Assembly: GCF_044373035.1 (NCBI RefSeq)
Contig: NZ_JBILQU010000004.1
Span: forward strand, 2,826 to 66,825
Direction: 5' to 3'
DNA: 64,000 nucleotides
From: Limnohabitans sp.
GTDB lineage: Bacteria; Pseudomonadota; Gammaproteobacteria; Burkholderiales; Burkholderiaceae_C
The notes beneath the pieces were generated by a model that saw only the letters and a program-made list of their open reading frames with translations, was not told the origin of the DNA and did not search any database. Of this stretch, positions 51,635-61,156 are shown one piece after another. Made by a program: the position numbers and the translations under genes. How positions within the stretch are numbered: position 1 is the stretch's first letter; the number at the start of each line of letters is the position of its first letter.

Positions 51635-52298
51635 CAGCCCCCTGGCCATGACGGTGCACGACTTGCCCAGCCCCGGTGCTGTGGTGCTGGCCGATGCCCA
51701 GCGCACCCGCATGGGCCGCTGGAAAATGATCCTCATGATGTTGGTCTGCGCCTCGCCGGTCATCGCCTCGTACTTCACCTACTACGTGATCCGCCCCGAA
51801 GGCCGTCGTGTGTATGGCGAGCTGATCCAGCCGCAAAAAGACATGCCTCAGCTCAGCGCCAAAAACCTGCAAGGCGAATCGATCACGCTGAGCAGCCTCA
51901 AAGGCCAGTGGTTGCTGGTGACGGTCGCGCCGGGCGCTTGCGAGGAACGTTGCCAACAAAACCTGTATTTTCAGCGCCAGTTGCGCGAAATTCTGGCCCG
52001 CGAAAAGGACCGGGTCGACCGCGTCTGGTTGGTCACTGACGATGCGCCAGTGGCCCCCGGTCTCTTGCCTGCCTTGAACACGGCGCATGTGCTGCGCCTG
52101 GATGCGGCCTCGGTGCAGAACTGGATCAGCCCGGCCCAAGGGCAGCAGTTGCAAGACCATTTGTACGTCGTCGATCCGATGGGCAACTTCATGATGCGTT
52201 TCCCCGCCAACATGGACGTGCCCAGTGCCTCCAAAGCCAAACGTGATCTGGATCGATTGCTCAAGGCCTCCTCGTCTTGGGACAATGCGGGGCGTTGA
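51585..52298 (+). CDS. Membrane-anchored thioredoxin-fold protein with a CxxxC motif (SCO-like; cox-cluster hypothetical)
   Basis: TM anchor WKMILMMLVCASPVIASYF, then ...LKGQWLLVTVAPGACEERCQQNLY... ATG 51585 overlaps surf1 by 50 nt, so ATG 51648 is an equally plausible start. Confidence 0.65.
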   Translation: MSGSKLSNPAAKNDLSDSPLAMTVHDLPSPGAVVLADAQRTRMGRWKMILMMLVCASPVIASYFTYYVIRPEGRRVYGELIQPQKDMPQLSAKNLQGESITLSSLKGQWLLVTVAPGACEERCQQNLYFQRQLREILAREKDRVDRVWLVTDDAPVAPGLLPALNTAHVLRLDAASVQNWISPAQGQQLQDHLYVVDPMGNFMMRFPANMDVPSASKAKRDLDRLLKASSSWDNAGR

Positions 52299-52301
52299 GG
52301 C

Positions 52302-53432
52302 ATGACCGAAGTGGACCTGTACAACCTGGAGCCCATATTGGAGCTCATGGCCGTGGGCCTGGCAGTGGCAGCACTGCCCTTGGGCTGGTGGCTGTGGCGC
52401 CAGCGCAGCACCACGCCCTCGGGGCGGCTCAAGGCCTTGACCTTGATCACCTTGTTTTTGACCTTCGATCTGGTGTTGTTCGGGGCGTTCACCCGGCTGA
52501 CCGACTCCGGCTTGGGGTGCCCTGACTGGCCAGGCTGTTACGGCAGCGCCACGCCCATCGGGGCAAAGGTCGAAATCACGGCGGCTCAAACGGCCATGCC
52601 CACCGGCCCGGTCACGCACAGCAAAGCCTGGATCGAGATGGTGCACCGTTACTTGGCCACGGGGGTGGGCGTCCTGATCCTGACTTTGGCCGCCATGACC
52701 TGGTGGCTGCGCCGCCAAAGCCGTGAGGTGAGCCCTTGGTTGCCAACGCTCACGCTGGTGTGGGTGTGCATGCAAGGGGCGTTTGGCGCGCTCACGGTGA
52801 CCATGAAGCTGTTTCCGGCCATCGTCACCTTGCACCTGATGGGCGGCATCGGCTTGTTGGTTTTGTTGATGGCGCAAGCCGTGCGCTATGACGGCGCAGG
52901 CACGCGGCCCCTGCCGTCGCCATTGCGCTTGGGTTTGTGGGCAGGCTTTGTTTTGCTGTGTCTGCAAATTGTCTTGGGTGGCTGGGTCAGCACCAATTAC
53001 GCGGTGTTGGCCTGCCCGGATTTCCCCACCTGCCACGGCCAGTGGGTGCCTGAGATGAACTGGCAAGGCTTCAGCTTCTGGCGCGAATTGGGTTACACGC
53101 CTGAGGGCCAGTTGCTGCCTTTCTCGGCGCTGGTGTCCATCCATTTTGTGCACCGCTCGGCCGCTTGGTTGGTGTTGGCGGTGCTGCTGTGGTTGGGCTG
53201 GCGTTTGCGGTTGCAGCCGGGCTTGGCCGTGGCCGGGCGCTGGTTGTTGGGCCTGTGTGCCTTACAGTTCGCCACCGGGTTGAGCAATGTGGTGCTGGGC
53301 TGGCCCTTGCTGGCCGCCGTGATGCACACCGGCGGTGCCGCGGCCATGGCCTTGACCCTGACTTGGGCGCTGAGTGTCAGCCGGACTGATAATTCAGGGC
53401 CTTTCCCCCTTTCCAAAAAGCTTGCCGAATGA
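52302..53432 (+). CDS. ctaA: Haem A synthase (COX15/CtaA)
   Basis: 376 aa, polytopic. ...[19 protein letters not shown]... and ...HRYLATGVG..., ...HFVHRSAAW... His-containing helices. Confidence 0.9.
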   Translation: MTEVDLYNLEPILELMAVGLAVAALPLGWWLWRQRSTTPSGRLKALTLITLFLTFDLVLFGAFTRLTDSGLGCPDWPGCYGSATPIGAKVEITAAQTAMPTGPVTHSKAWIEMVHRYLATGVGVLILTLAAMTWWLRRQSREVSPWLPTLTLVWVCMQGAFGALTVTMKLFPAIVTLHLMGGIGLLVLLMAQAVRYDGAGTRPLPSPLRLGLWAGFVLLCLQIVLGGWVSTNYAVLACPDFPTCHGQWVPEMNWQGFSFWRELGYTPEGQLLPFSALVSIHFVHRSAAWLVLAVLLWLGWRLRLQPGLAVAGRWLLGLCALQFATGLSNVVLGWPLLAAVMHTGGAAAMALTLTWALSVSRTDNSGPFPLSKKLAE

Positions 53433-54325
53433 CCGTTGCCTCCGCCCGTTTGCCCATGAATGTCTGGCAACAGTATTACGCGCTGACCAAACCGCGCGTG
53501 GTTCAATTGATCGTTTTCTGTGCCCTGATCGGCATGGTGTTGGCCGTCCCCGGTGTGCCGAGTCTGGCTGAATTGAAGCTGGGTTTGTGGGCCTGCATTG
53601 GCATCTGGTTGGTGTCGGGGGCAGCGGCGGCCTTCAACTGCCTGGTTGAAAAAACCATCGATTCCAAGATGAAGCGCACCTCTTGGCGACCCACCGCCAA
53701 AGGCGAGTTGAGCGACCGCCAAGCCTTGGTGTTTTCTGCGGCCTTGTGCGCCTTGGGATCATTGGTACTTTATGTGTTCGTCAATCCCCTCACGATGTGG
53801 CTCACGTTTGCCACCTTTGTGGGTTACGCCATTGTTTACACCGTGATCCTGAAGCCGCTCACGCCGCAAAACATTGTGATTGGCGGAGCCAGTGGCGCCA
53901 TGCCGCCCGTGCTGGGTTGGGCGGCCATGACCGGACAGGTGGGGCCTGAAGCCTTGATCCTGTTCCTGATCATCTTCCTCTGGACCCCGCCGCACTTTTG
54001 GGCGCTGGCTTTGTACCGGGTCGAGGACTACCGCAAGTCGGGCCTGCCCATGTTGCCGGTCACGCACGGCAACGAGTTCACGCGTCTGCAAATCTTGCTC
54101 TACACCATCGTGCTGATGGCGTCCTGCCTCATGCCCTTTGTCTACGGCATGAGCTCCTGGCTTTACTTGGTCACCGCAGTGGTGTTGAGCATCGGTTTCA
54201 TCGGCTACGCGGTGGCCTTGTACCGCGAATATTCGGACGAGCTGGCCCGCAGGACTTTCCGTTTTTCACTGATCCACCTGAGCGCCTTGTTTGCCGCTTT
54301 GCTGCTGGACCACTACATATTTTGA
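53429..54325 (+). CDS. cyoE: Protohaem IX farnesyltransferase (haem O synthase)
   Basis: ...[15 protein letters not shown]...[17 protein letters not shown]... are UbiA-family motifs. ATGA overlap with ctaA (53429-53432). Confidence 0.9.
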   Translation: MTVASARLPMNVWQQYYALTKPRVVQLIVFCALIGMVLAVPGVPSLAELKLGLWACIGIWLVSGAAAAFNCLVEKTIDSKMKRTSWRPTAKGELSDRQALVFSAALCALGSLVLYVFVNPLTMWLTFATFVGYAIVYTVILKPLTPQNIVIGGASGAMPPVLGWAAMTGQVGPEALILFLIIFLWTPPHFWALALYRVEDYRKSGLPMLPVTHGNEFTRLQILLYTIVLMASCLMPFVYGMSSWLYLVTAVVLSIGFIGYAVALYREYSDELARRTFRFSLIHLSALFAALLLDHYIF

Positions 54326-54335
54326 GGCCTCTGGC

Positions 54336-54944
54336 ATGTTGCAACGCAGAGTATTGACAATAGCGGCCCTGGGCTTGGGTGTGGCAGGCGCGGTCTGGGG
54401 CTTGAGCGGCTGCGGCGAGGACAAGCCTTCGTTTCGTGGCGTGGACATCACCGGAGCCGACTATGCCCAGGGCTGGGAGTTGAGCGACCAAAACGGGCAG
54501 GTTCGCACCCTCAAAGATTTTGCGGGCAAGGCTGTGGTGGTGTTTTTTGGTTTCACCCAGTGCCCTGATGTTTGCCCGACCGCCTTGCAGGAAATGGCCC
54601 AGGCCAAACTGTTGCTGGGTGCCGATGGGGCCAAGCTCCAGGGCATCTTCATCACGGTAGACCCCGAGCGCGACACACCGGAGTTGCTCAAGGCCTACAT
54701 GGCCAATTTCGGACCGGATTTTGTGGCCTTGCGCCCTACGGCGGAGCAACTGCCCAAAGTCACCAAAGACTTCAAGATCTATTACAAAAAGGTCGAAGGC
54801 AAAACCCCTACCAGTTACACCATGGACCACTCGGCGGGTAGTTTCACCTTTGACCCACAGGGCCGCATTCGGCTATACAACCGCCACGCCAGCGGTGCTG
54901 AGACGCTGGCTGCCGACGTGAAAATCTTGCTCAGCGGCAAGTGA
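54336..54944 (+). CDS. SCO1/SenC-family copper chaperone
   Basis: ORF 54291..54944 trimmed to ATG 54336. Lipoprotein-like signal ...WGLSGCG, the CPDVCP motif, and the downstream conserved His (MDHSAG). Confidence 0.9.
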   Translation: MLQRRVLTIAALGLGVAGAVWGLSGCGEDKPSFRGVDITGADYAQGWELSDQNGQVRTLKDFAGKAVVVFFGFTQCPDVCPTALQEMAQAKLLLGADGAKLQGIFITVDPERDTPELLKAYMANFGPDFVALRPTAEQLPKVTKDFKIYYKKVEGKTPTSYTMDHSAGSFTFDPQGRIRLYNRHASGAETLAADVKILLSGK

Positions 54945-54989
54945 GGCTTGGCCTCTTGGCCAGGCTCTTCACCCGCTTTACCGGGGCCT

Positions 54990-56012
54990 TCAGTTCAACT
55001 CGATTTTCTGGCTGCGGATGATGTCACCCAGCGCTTTCGTGTCAGACTCAATCCGGTTGCGCAAACCTTCGGGCGAAGAGCCCACCACCTGCCAGCCTTG
55101 CTGAAACAAGCGCGCACGCATCTCTGGGGCACGCACGATCTCGCTGACCACGGCAGACAATTTGGTGGCCACGGCCGCAGGCATAGAAGCCGGGGCGGCC
55201 ACCGCGTTCCAGATTTCCAGTTGGTAATCCTTCACACCGATTTCGGACAAGCTGGGCACTTCGGCGGCCACCGGGCTGCGTCCGGTGCTCGAAGCCCCAA
55301 TGGCCCGCAGCTTGCCGCCGCGCACCTGAGCTGCCGCCATGGCCGGTGGCAGCAAAGCCAGCTGCACCTGGCCCCCCAACATGGCGGTGATGATTTGCGG
55401 GTTGCCGGGGTAGGGCACATGCACCGGGGCGATGCCCGCCTTGGTTTTGAGCAGCTCCATGCCCAAGTGCGCCACGGTACCCACGCCGGGGGATGCGTAG
55501 CTGAGCTTGTCGCCAGCCTTTTGGGCCTGGCTCAACCACTCTGCAGGGGTTTGGCCAAGGGCATCGGCAGGCACGGTGAGCACCAAGGGCGCTTTGCCGA
55601 TCAGGCTGATGGGTGCGAGGTCTTTCAGGGGGTCATAAGGCACCTTGGGGTTCAGGATGCGGGCAATCGTCATGTTGCCGTTGATCATCAGGCCCAGGGT
55701 GTGGCCATCGGTGGATTTCGCGACGAAGTCGGCCGCGATGTTGCCGCCCGCACCCACTTTGTTCTCGACGATCACGTTTTGGCCCAAGGCCTTGGACAAA
55801 GGCTCGGCCAGGGCACGGGCCGTCAGGTCGGGGCTGGAGCCGGCCGGGAAGCCCACCACCAGGCGAACGGTTTGTGTTGGCCATGCCCCCGTGGCCGGTG
55901 GGTTGGCCCATGATGGGGTCAGTCCCAAAGCAAAAGCAACGCCAAAAGCTTGGGCCAAATGGCGGCGAGAAAAACCAGAGGAGGTGCGAACGGTCATGGT
56001 GGATGCTTTCAA
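54990..56012 (-). CDS. Bug-family (TctC-like) substrate-binding protein
   Basis: Tat-like N-terminus ...SGFSRRHLAQAFGVAFALG..., then VRLVVGFPAGSSPDLTAR and VPYPGNPQIITAMLGGQV. ATG 55997 is an alternative start. Confidence 0.9.
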   Translation of the reverse strand: MKASTMTVRTSSGFSRRHLAQAFGVAFALGLTPSWANPPATGAWPTQTVRLVVGFPAGSSPDLTARALAEPLSKALGQNVIVENKVGAGGNIAADFVAKSTDGHTLGLMINGNMTIARILNPKVPYDPLKDLAPISLIGKAPLVLTVPADALGQTPAEWLSQAQKAGDKLSYASPGVGTVAHLGMELLKTKAGIAPVHVPYPGNPQIITAMLGGQVQLALLPPAMAAAQVRGGKLRAIGASSTGRSPVAAEVPSLSEIGVKDYQLEIWNAVAAPASMPAAVATKLSAVVSEIVRAPEMRARLFQQGWQVVGSSPEGLRNRIESDTKALGDIIRSQKIELN

Positions 56013-56047
56013 AACGAAACTGCAGTGACTTTAGCGCACTGTGGGCC

Positions 56048-56072
56048 AAAAAAAACCCGGTCAAAACCGGGT
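56048..56072 (-). terminator. Rho-independent terminator of rpoH
   Basis: On the minus strand: ACCCGGT-TTTG-ACCGGGT followed by T8. Confidence 0.8.
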
Positions 56073-56105
56073 AGCTGAATAAAAGGTGGCCCATGAGGCC
56101 TGCGG

Positions 56106-57038
56106 TCAAGCGAACTCGACCAGCGCTTTTTTCATTTTTTTCATGGCTGCCACTTCGATTTGGCGGATGCGCTCGGCGCTGACGCCGTACTCGTCGGCCA
56201 GGTCGTGCAGGGTCATGCCGCCCGAGCCGTTGTCGTTGACCTTGAGCCAGCGCTCTTCCACGATGCGGCGGCTGCGTTCGTCCAAGGCATTGAGGGCCGT
56301 GGCCAATCCGTCGCTGGCCATCACGTCGCGCTCATGGGCTTCGATCATCGCGGTGGGCTCGTGGTTCACATCGGCCAAGTAGGCAATGGGGCCAAAGGCC
56401 TGCTCACCGTCGTCCGATGGGGCCGGGTCCAGCAGCACATCGCCACCGGACATGCGCATTTCCATCTCACGCACTTCTTCGCGCTTGACGTTCAGGCTGT
56501 GCGCCATCGAATCCACCTGGTCGGGGGTCAGGGTGTCGCGGTGGGTGCCTTCATCGGCATCGGCTTTGTAGCCTTGCTTCATGGAGCGCAGGTTGAAAAA
56601 CAGCTTGCGCTGGGCCTTGGTGGTGGCCACTTTGACCATGCGCCAGTTTTTCAGGATGTACTCGTGGATTTCGGCCTTGATCCAGTGCAGCGCGTAGCTG
56701 ACCAGGCGCACGCCTTGATCAGGGTCGAAGCGCTTGACGGCCTTCATCAGGCCCACATTGCCTTCCTGGATCAGGTCGCCGTGCGGCAGGCCGTAGCCCA
56801 GGTATTGGCGCGACACCGACACCACCAAACGCAGGTGCGAGAGCACCAGCTTGCGGGCGGCTTCGAGGTCGTCGTTGGCTTTGAGTTGGCGGGCGGCCTC
56901 TTGCTCTTCCTCGAGGGTGAGCATGGGCATGCGGTTGACCGCAGAGATGTAGGCGTCGAGGTGGCCGAGCGAGGGCACGACCGCCCAGGGGTTGCTCAGC
57001 GCGATGGCTGTGGCGGGGGAACCAGTTTGAACGTACAT
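56106..57038 (-). CDS. rpoH: RNA polymerase sigma-32 (heat-shock sigma factor RpoH)
   Basis: ORF trimmed to ATG 57038 (AAGGAG 8 nt upstream). It carries the RpoH box QRKLFFNLR and region 2 DLIQEGNVGLMKAVKRFD. Confidence 0.95.
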   Translation of the reverse strand: MYVQTGSPATAIALSNPWAVVPSLGHLDAYISAVNRMPMLTLEEEQEAARQLKANDDLEAARKLVLSHLRLVVSVSRQYLGYGLPHGDLIQEGNVGLMKAVKRFDPDQGVRLVSYALHWIKAEIHEYILKNWRMVKVATTKAQRKLFFNLRSMKQGYKADADEGTHRDTLTPDQVDSMAHSLNVKREEVREMEMRMSGGDVLLDPAPSDDGEQAFGPIAYLADVNHEPTAMIEAHERDVMASDGLATALNALDERSRRIVEERWLKVNDNGSGGMTLHDLADEYGVSAERIRQIEVAAMKKMKKALVEFA

Positions 57039-57067
57039 ACCAGAACTCCTTTCAGAATACCCCAATA

Positions 57068-57094
57068 TTAGCACTCTCTGGTGAGGAGTGCTAA
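57068..57094 (-). promoter_or_regulatory. Perfect 9-bp stem / 9-nt loop hairpin in the rpoH leader
   Basis: TTAGCACTC-TCTGGTGAG-GAGTGCTAA. It lies 29 nt upstream of the rpoH ATG and about 100 nt downstream of the ftsY stop. No U-run follows on the transcribed strand. Confidence 0.4.
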
Positions 57095-57195
57095 AGGGCG
57101 GCCTCGGGGGTCTGAGGTTCCTCGGGTTTTCCCTGATTTTAAGAGGGGGAGCTGGGGTCCGTCTGTGCGCTGGGCCACGGTGCCAACCGGGGTGT

Positions 57196-58242
57196 TCAGC
57201 TCAAAAGGGCCTGGGCAAACTCGCGGGCGTTGAAGGTTTCCAGGTCTTCCAGCTTCTCGCCCACGCCGATGAAGTACACCGGAATTGGCTTTTCGCGGGC
57301 AATGGCGCACAGCACGCCGCCTTTGGCGGTGCCGTCCAGCTTGGTCACGATCAGGCCCGTGAGGCCCAGCGTGTCATCAAAGGCGCGCACCTGGGCCAGC
57401 GCGTTTTGACCGGTGTTGCCGTCGATCACCAGCAGCACCTCGTGCGGTGCCGTGCCATCGGCCTTTTGCACCACGCGCTTGATCTTTTTGAGCTCTTCCA
57501 TCAGATGCGTTTGGGTGGGCAGGCGGCCTGCCGTGTCGACCAGCACCACATCGCGGCCCCGGGCGCGGCCCGCGCTCACCGCGTCAAAGCTCACAGCGGC
57601 CGGGTCGCCGCCTTGTTGGCTGACGATCTCCACCGTGTTGCGGGTGGCCCAAACCGCCAGTTGCTCTTTGGCCGCAGCACGGAAGGTGTCGGCCGCAGCC
57701 AGCAGCACGCTCAGGCCCTCGTCGGACAAGTGCTTGGTCAGTTTGCCAATGGACGTGGTTTTGCCTGCGCCGTTCACGCCCGCCACCATGATCACGGTGG
57801 GCTTATGGTCGCCAATGCTCAGGGGCTTTTGCAGGGGCGTCAGCAAGTCGGTGATGGCATCGGCCAGCAAGGTTTTGACCTGCGACGGCTCGGTGGCCTT
57901 GGCCTCTTTGACGCGGCGCTTGAGGTCTTGCAGCAAATATTCCGTGGCCTTGACACCGGTGTCGGCCACCAGCAGCGCGGTTTCCAGCTCTTCGTACAGT
58001 TCGTCGTCGATGCGCGTGCCGGTGAAGACGGTGGTGATGCTGGAGCCGGTTTTGCGCAGACCCGCTTTCAGGCGATCCATCCAGCCCTGGCGGGCGGCTG
58101 GGGTGGGCGCGGGTTCAGGCTGCGCGGGCGTGGGCGTGGGCGTCGGCGTGGGTGCGGCAGGTTGTGACAAAGGGCGCGCAGGCGTTGCGGGAGGCGATGG
58201 CACCTCGACCGGGGGGGATTTTTTTTTGAAGAAACTGAACAT
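57196..58242 (-). CDS. ftsY: Signal recognition particle receptor FtsY
   Basis: ORF 57196..58629 trimmed to ATG 58242 (MFSFFKKK...). Low-complexity PT/PA-rich linker, then the NG domain with GVNGAGKTTSIGKL, DTAGRL, TKLDGTAKGG. Confidence 0.95.
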   Translation of the reverse strand: MFSFFKKKSPPVEVPSPPATPARPLSQPAAPTPTPTPTPAQPEPAPTPAARQGWMDRLKAGLRKTGSSITTVFTGTRIDDELYEELETALLVADTGVKATEYLLQDLKRRVKEAKATEPSQVKTLLADAITDLLTPLQKPLSIGDHKPTVIMVAGVNGAGKTTSIGKLTKHLSDEGLSVLLAAADTFRAAAKEQLAVWATRNTVEIVSQQGGDPAAVSFDAVSAGRARGRDVVLVDTAGRLPTQTHLMEELKKIKRVVQKADGTAPHEVLLVIDGNTGQNALAQVRAFDDTLGLTGLIVTKLDGTAKGGVLCAIAREKPIPVYFIGVGEKLEDLETFNAREFAQALLS

Positions 58243-58261
58243 GTCGTGGATTTCAAGGATC

Positions 58262-59701
58262 ATGCATTCTATGAAACCGAACTTTCTCTTGGGACTTTCG
58301 CTGGCATCAGCCCTGCTGGTCAGCAGCTTCAGCGCCACGGCGCAGGCCCCACAACCCACAGGCCAGGCCCCAGCAGCCAGCGCGGCCCAGGTGCACACCT
58401 TCACCTTGGCCAACGGCATGGCTCTGTGGGTCAAACCCGACCGGCGTGCCCCCACCGCGGTGCACATGGTGTGGCTGCGTGTGGGTTCCATGGACGAAGT
58501 GGATGGCACCAGCGGCGTGGCCCATGTGTTGGAGCACATGTTGTTCAAAGGCACGCCCACATTGGCTCCGGGCGAGTTTTCGCGCCGCGTGGCGGCACTG
58601 GGCGGGCGAGAAAACGCTTTCACCGCCAAGGACTACACTGGTTACTTCCAGCAAATCCCCTCCAACCAACTCGAAGCCGTGATGCGTCTGGAGTCGGACC
58701 GTTTTGCCAACAACCAGTGGCCCGATGCAGAGTTTGCCAAAGAGTTGGAGGTGGTGAAAGAAGAGCGGCGCCTGCGCACCGACGACAACCCCCGTGCCCA
58801 GTTGCACGAAATGCTCTCGGCCACCGCTTTGTCGGCTTCGCCCTACCGCCGCCCCATCGTGGGCTGGATGAGCGATCTGGAGGCCATGAAACCACAAGAC
58901 GCCCGCGACTTTTACCGCAAGTGGTACACCCCGGCCAACGCGGTGGTGGTGGTGGCGGGCGATGTGGACCCGCTGCAAGTCAAGGCGCTGGCCGACAAGT
59001 ATTACGGCAGCATCCCAACCCGCGCGGTGCCTGAGCGCAAACCCCGGGACGAGCCCGCGCAGCAAGGCCTGCGCCGCCTGGCGTTCAAGGCCCCGGCCGA
59101 GCAGTCGTATGTGGCCCTGGCCTTCAAGGTGCCGCGCTTGGCTAGTCTGGCGGCCTCCCCCGAGCATGACGATGCCCTGGCCTTGACCGTGCTGGCGGCT
59201 GTGCTCGATGGTTACAGCGGCGCGCGCCTGGACCGCGCCCTGACGCAGGGCGAAAACCGCCTGGCCGACAGCGCCGGGGCGTACAACGGCCTCATGGGCC
59301 GGGGTCCGCAATTCTTTTATCTCGAAGGCGTGCCTGCCAAAGGCCAAACACCACAAGCACTCGAAGCTGCCTTGCGCGCACAAGTGCAGCGCGTGGCCAC
59401 CGAGGGCGTGAACGACGCCGAGCTGCAGCGCGTCAAAACCCAATGGGTGGCCAGCGAAATCTACAAGCTCGATTCGGTCTTCAACCAAGCCCGCGAGCTG
59501 GGCGTGGCCTGGACGCTGGGCCTGCCGCCCGACTACGGGGCGCAGCTGATCGCCCGCTTGCGGCAAGTCACGCCCGCTCAGGTGCAGGCCGTGGCGCAAA
59601 AGTATTTTGGTGACGACAACCTGACCGTGGCCACCTTGCTGCCTCAGCCTTTGTCGGGCCAGCCCCGTGCACGCCGCGCCGCGCCAGGTGCCCGACATTG
59701 A
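58262..59701 (+). CDS. M16-family zinc peptidase (PqqL/pitrilysin-like), active-site subunit
   Basis: This is the 3' part of ORF 57413..59701. Signal peptide MHSMKPNFLLGLSLASALLVSSFSATAQA and the HxxEH motif GVAHVLEHMLFKG. ATG 58271 is an alternative start. Confidence 0.9.
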   Translation: MHSMKPNFLLGLSLASALLVSSFSATAQAPQPTGQAPAASAAQVHTFTLANGMALWVKPDRRAPTAVHMVWLRVGSMDEVDGTSGVAHVLEHMLFKGTPTLAPGEFSRRVAALGGRENAFTAKDYTGYFQQIPSNQLEAVMRLESDRFANNQWPDAEFAKELEVVKEERRLRTDDNPRAQLHEMLSATALSASPYRRPIVGWMSDLEAMKPQDARDFYRKWYTPANAVVVVAGDVDPLQVKALADKYYGSIPTRAVPERKPRDEPAQQGLRRLAFKAPAEQSYVALAFKVPRLASLAASPEHDDALALTVLAAVLDGYSGARLDRALTQGENRLADSAGAYNGLMGRGPQFFYLEGVPAKGQTPQALEAALRAQVQRVATEGVNDAELQRVKTQWVASEIYKLDSVFNQARELGVAWTLGLPPDYGAQLIARLRQVTPAQVQAVAQKYFGDDNLTVATLLPQPLSGQPRARRAAPGARH

Positions 59702-59715
59702 ACCGCGCTCATCCC

Positions 59716-61110
59716 ATGAAAGTCACACCCCCCATGTTCTTGATGCCCTCCTTGTCCATGACCGCACGGGCTTTGCGCCGTTCAGCTTTGGTGCTGGCCT
59801 GCTGGGGCGCGGTGGGTTGGGCGCACGCGTCCTTGCCCATTCAACATTGGACCCAGCCCAGCGGTGCGCGCGTGTTCCTGGTTGAGAGCCACGCCATTCC
59901 CATGGTCGATGTGCAAATTGACATCGACGCAGGCAGCCGCCGCGATCCGGCGGCGCAGGCGGGCCTGGCCTCGGTCATGGCGGGGCAAATGGCGAACGGC
60001 ACCCGCGCCGAACCCCAAGGACAAGGCCCGTACCCCCAAGCCCTGGACGAAAACCAGATCGGAGAAGCCTGGGCTGACTTGGGCGCCAGCTTTGGGGGCA
60101 GTGCGGGCGGTGACCGCATGAGCTTTGGCCTGCGCAGCCTGAGCTACCCGGACTTGCTGGACCAAGCGGTGGCTTTGGCCGCACGACAAATGGCGCACCC
60201 GGCTTTTCCCGAGGCCGTGTGGCTGCGTGACCGCGAACGCATCAGTGCCTCCATCCGCGAATCGCTGACCAAGCCCGGCACGGTGGTGCAGCACCGTTTT
60301 GCGCAGGCGGTGTACGGCGCGCACCCCTACGGTTTTCGGGCCACACCCGAGACCCTCTCGCGCATCGGCGTGCAAGACCTGAAAAATCTGCATGCCCAGG
60401 CTTTTCGGGCCTGCCGCGCCACGGTGAGTGTGGTGGGTGCTTTGACCCGCGCCCAAGCCGACGCCATGGTGCAGCGCTTGCTGGCGCAGTGGCCCCGCGA
60501 ATCAGGCTGCCCCAGCTTGCCGCCTGTGCCCGAAGTGCCCCCCTTGGCCGCCGCACAGAACCTGAACTTGCCCTTCGATTCGGCCCAGGCCCATGTGCTG
60601 ATCGGCCAGCCCGGCTACAAACGCACCGACCCCGACTTTTTTGCTCTGCTGGTGGGCAACCACATTTTGGGCGGTGGTGGTTTTGTCTCGCGCCTGACCG
60701 AGCAGGTGCGCGAAAAACGCGGCCTGAGTTACAGCGTTTACAGCGGTTTTGCGCCAGGCCTGCACGCCGGGGCTTTCACGGTGGGCCTGCAAACCCGCCC
60801 TGACCAAGCCACACAAGCGGTGGCCGTGGCCCAAGAGGTGGTGCAAAACTTTGTGCGCCAGGGCCCGACCGAGGCCGAATTGCAAGCGGCCAAGTCCAAC
60901 CTGGTGGGCGGCTTTGCGCTGCGCATCGACAGCAACCGCAAGCTGCTGGACAACGTGGCCAACATCGCCTGGAACCGGCTGCCGCTGGACTACCTGAGCA
61001 ACTGGACGCGGCAAATTGAGCGCGTGACCGCCGCCGATATTCAACGCGCCATGTCCCGGGTCTTGCAGCCTGAAAGCATGGTCACCGTGGTGGTGGGTGG
61101 CCAACCCTGA
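59716..61110 (+). CDS. M16-family peptidase-like protein without the HxxEH motif (partner subunit)
   Basis: ORF 59698 (TTG)..61110; ATG 59716 gives MKVTPPMFLMPSLSMTARALRRSALVLACWGAVGWAHA. M16 fold pattern, but I see no HxxEH. Confidence 0.85.
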   Translation: MKVTPPMFLMPSLSMTARALRRSALVLACWGAVGWAHASLPIQHWTQPSGARVFLVESHAIPMVDVQIDIDAGSRRDPAAQAGLASVMAGQMANGTRAEPQGQGPYPQALDENQIGEAWADLGASFGGSAGGDRMSFGLRSLSYPDLLDQAVALAARQMAHPAFPEAVWLRDRERISASIRESLTKPGTVVQHRFAQAVYGAHPYGFRATPETLSRIGVQDLKNLHAQAFRACRATVSVVGALTRAQADAMVQRLLAQWPRESGCPSLPPVPEVPPLAAAQNLNLPFDSAQAHVLIGQPGYKRTDPDFFALLVGNHILGGGGFVSRLTEQVREKRGLSYSVYSGFAPGLHAGAFTVGLQTRPDQATQAVAVAQEVVQNFVRQGPTEAELQAAKSNLVGGFALRIDSNRKLLDNVANIAWNRLPLDYLSNWTRQIERVTAADIQRAMSRVLQPESMVTVVVGGQP

Positions 61111-61156
61111 AAGACAAGACGGGTTTCAAGGCTTTGGGCCTTTACACTCGCAAGCT

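Noticed and set aside
51453-53153. 566-aa minus-strand ORF across surf1 to ctaA
   Set aside because: It is antisense to three genes with strong family signatures. Its composition is dominated by R/Q/G/H. I recognise no motif.
58100-58160. Imperfect GGCGTG-type hexanucleotide reiteration
   Set aside because: It is simply the coding sequence, on the minus strand, of the PTPTPTPTPA low-complexity linker of FtsY. It is not a CRISPR array or a regulatory repeat, though its length may vary between strains.
57413-58240. N-terminal ~280 aa of the 762-aa ORF 57413..59701
   Set aside because: This part is antisense to ftsY and is low-complexity. The peptidase homology and the signal peptide begin only at 58262/58271.
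58843-58850. ops-like octamer GGCGGTAG (minus strand), considered as a possible RfaH target
   Set aside because: It lies inside the M16 peptidase coding region, antisense to it and about 600 nt upstream of ftsY. An 8-mer is expected about twice by chance in 2 x 64 kb. There is no leader context.
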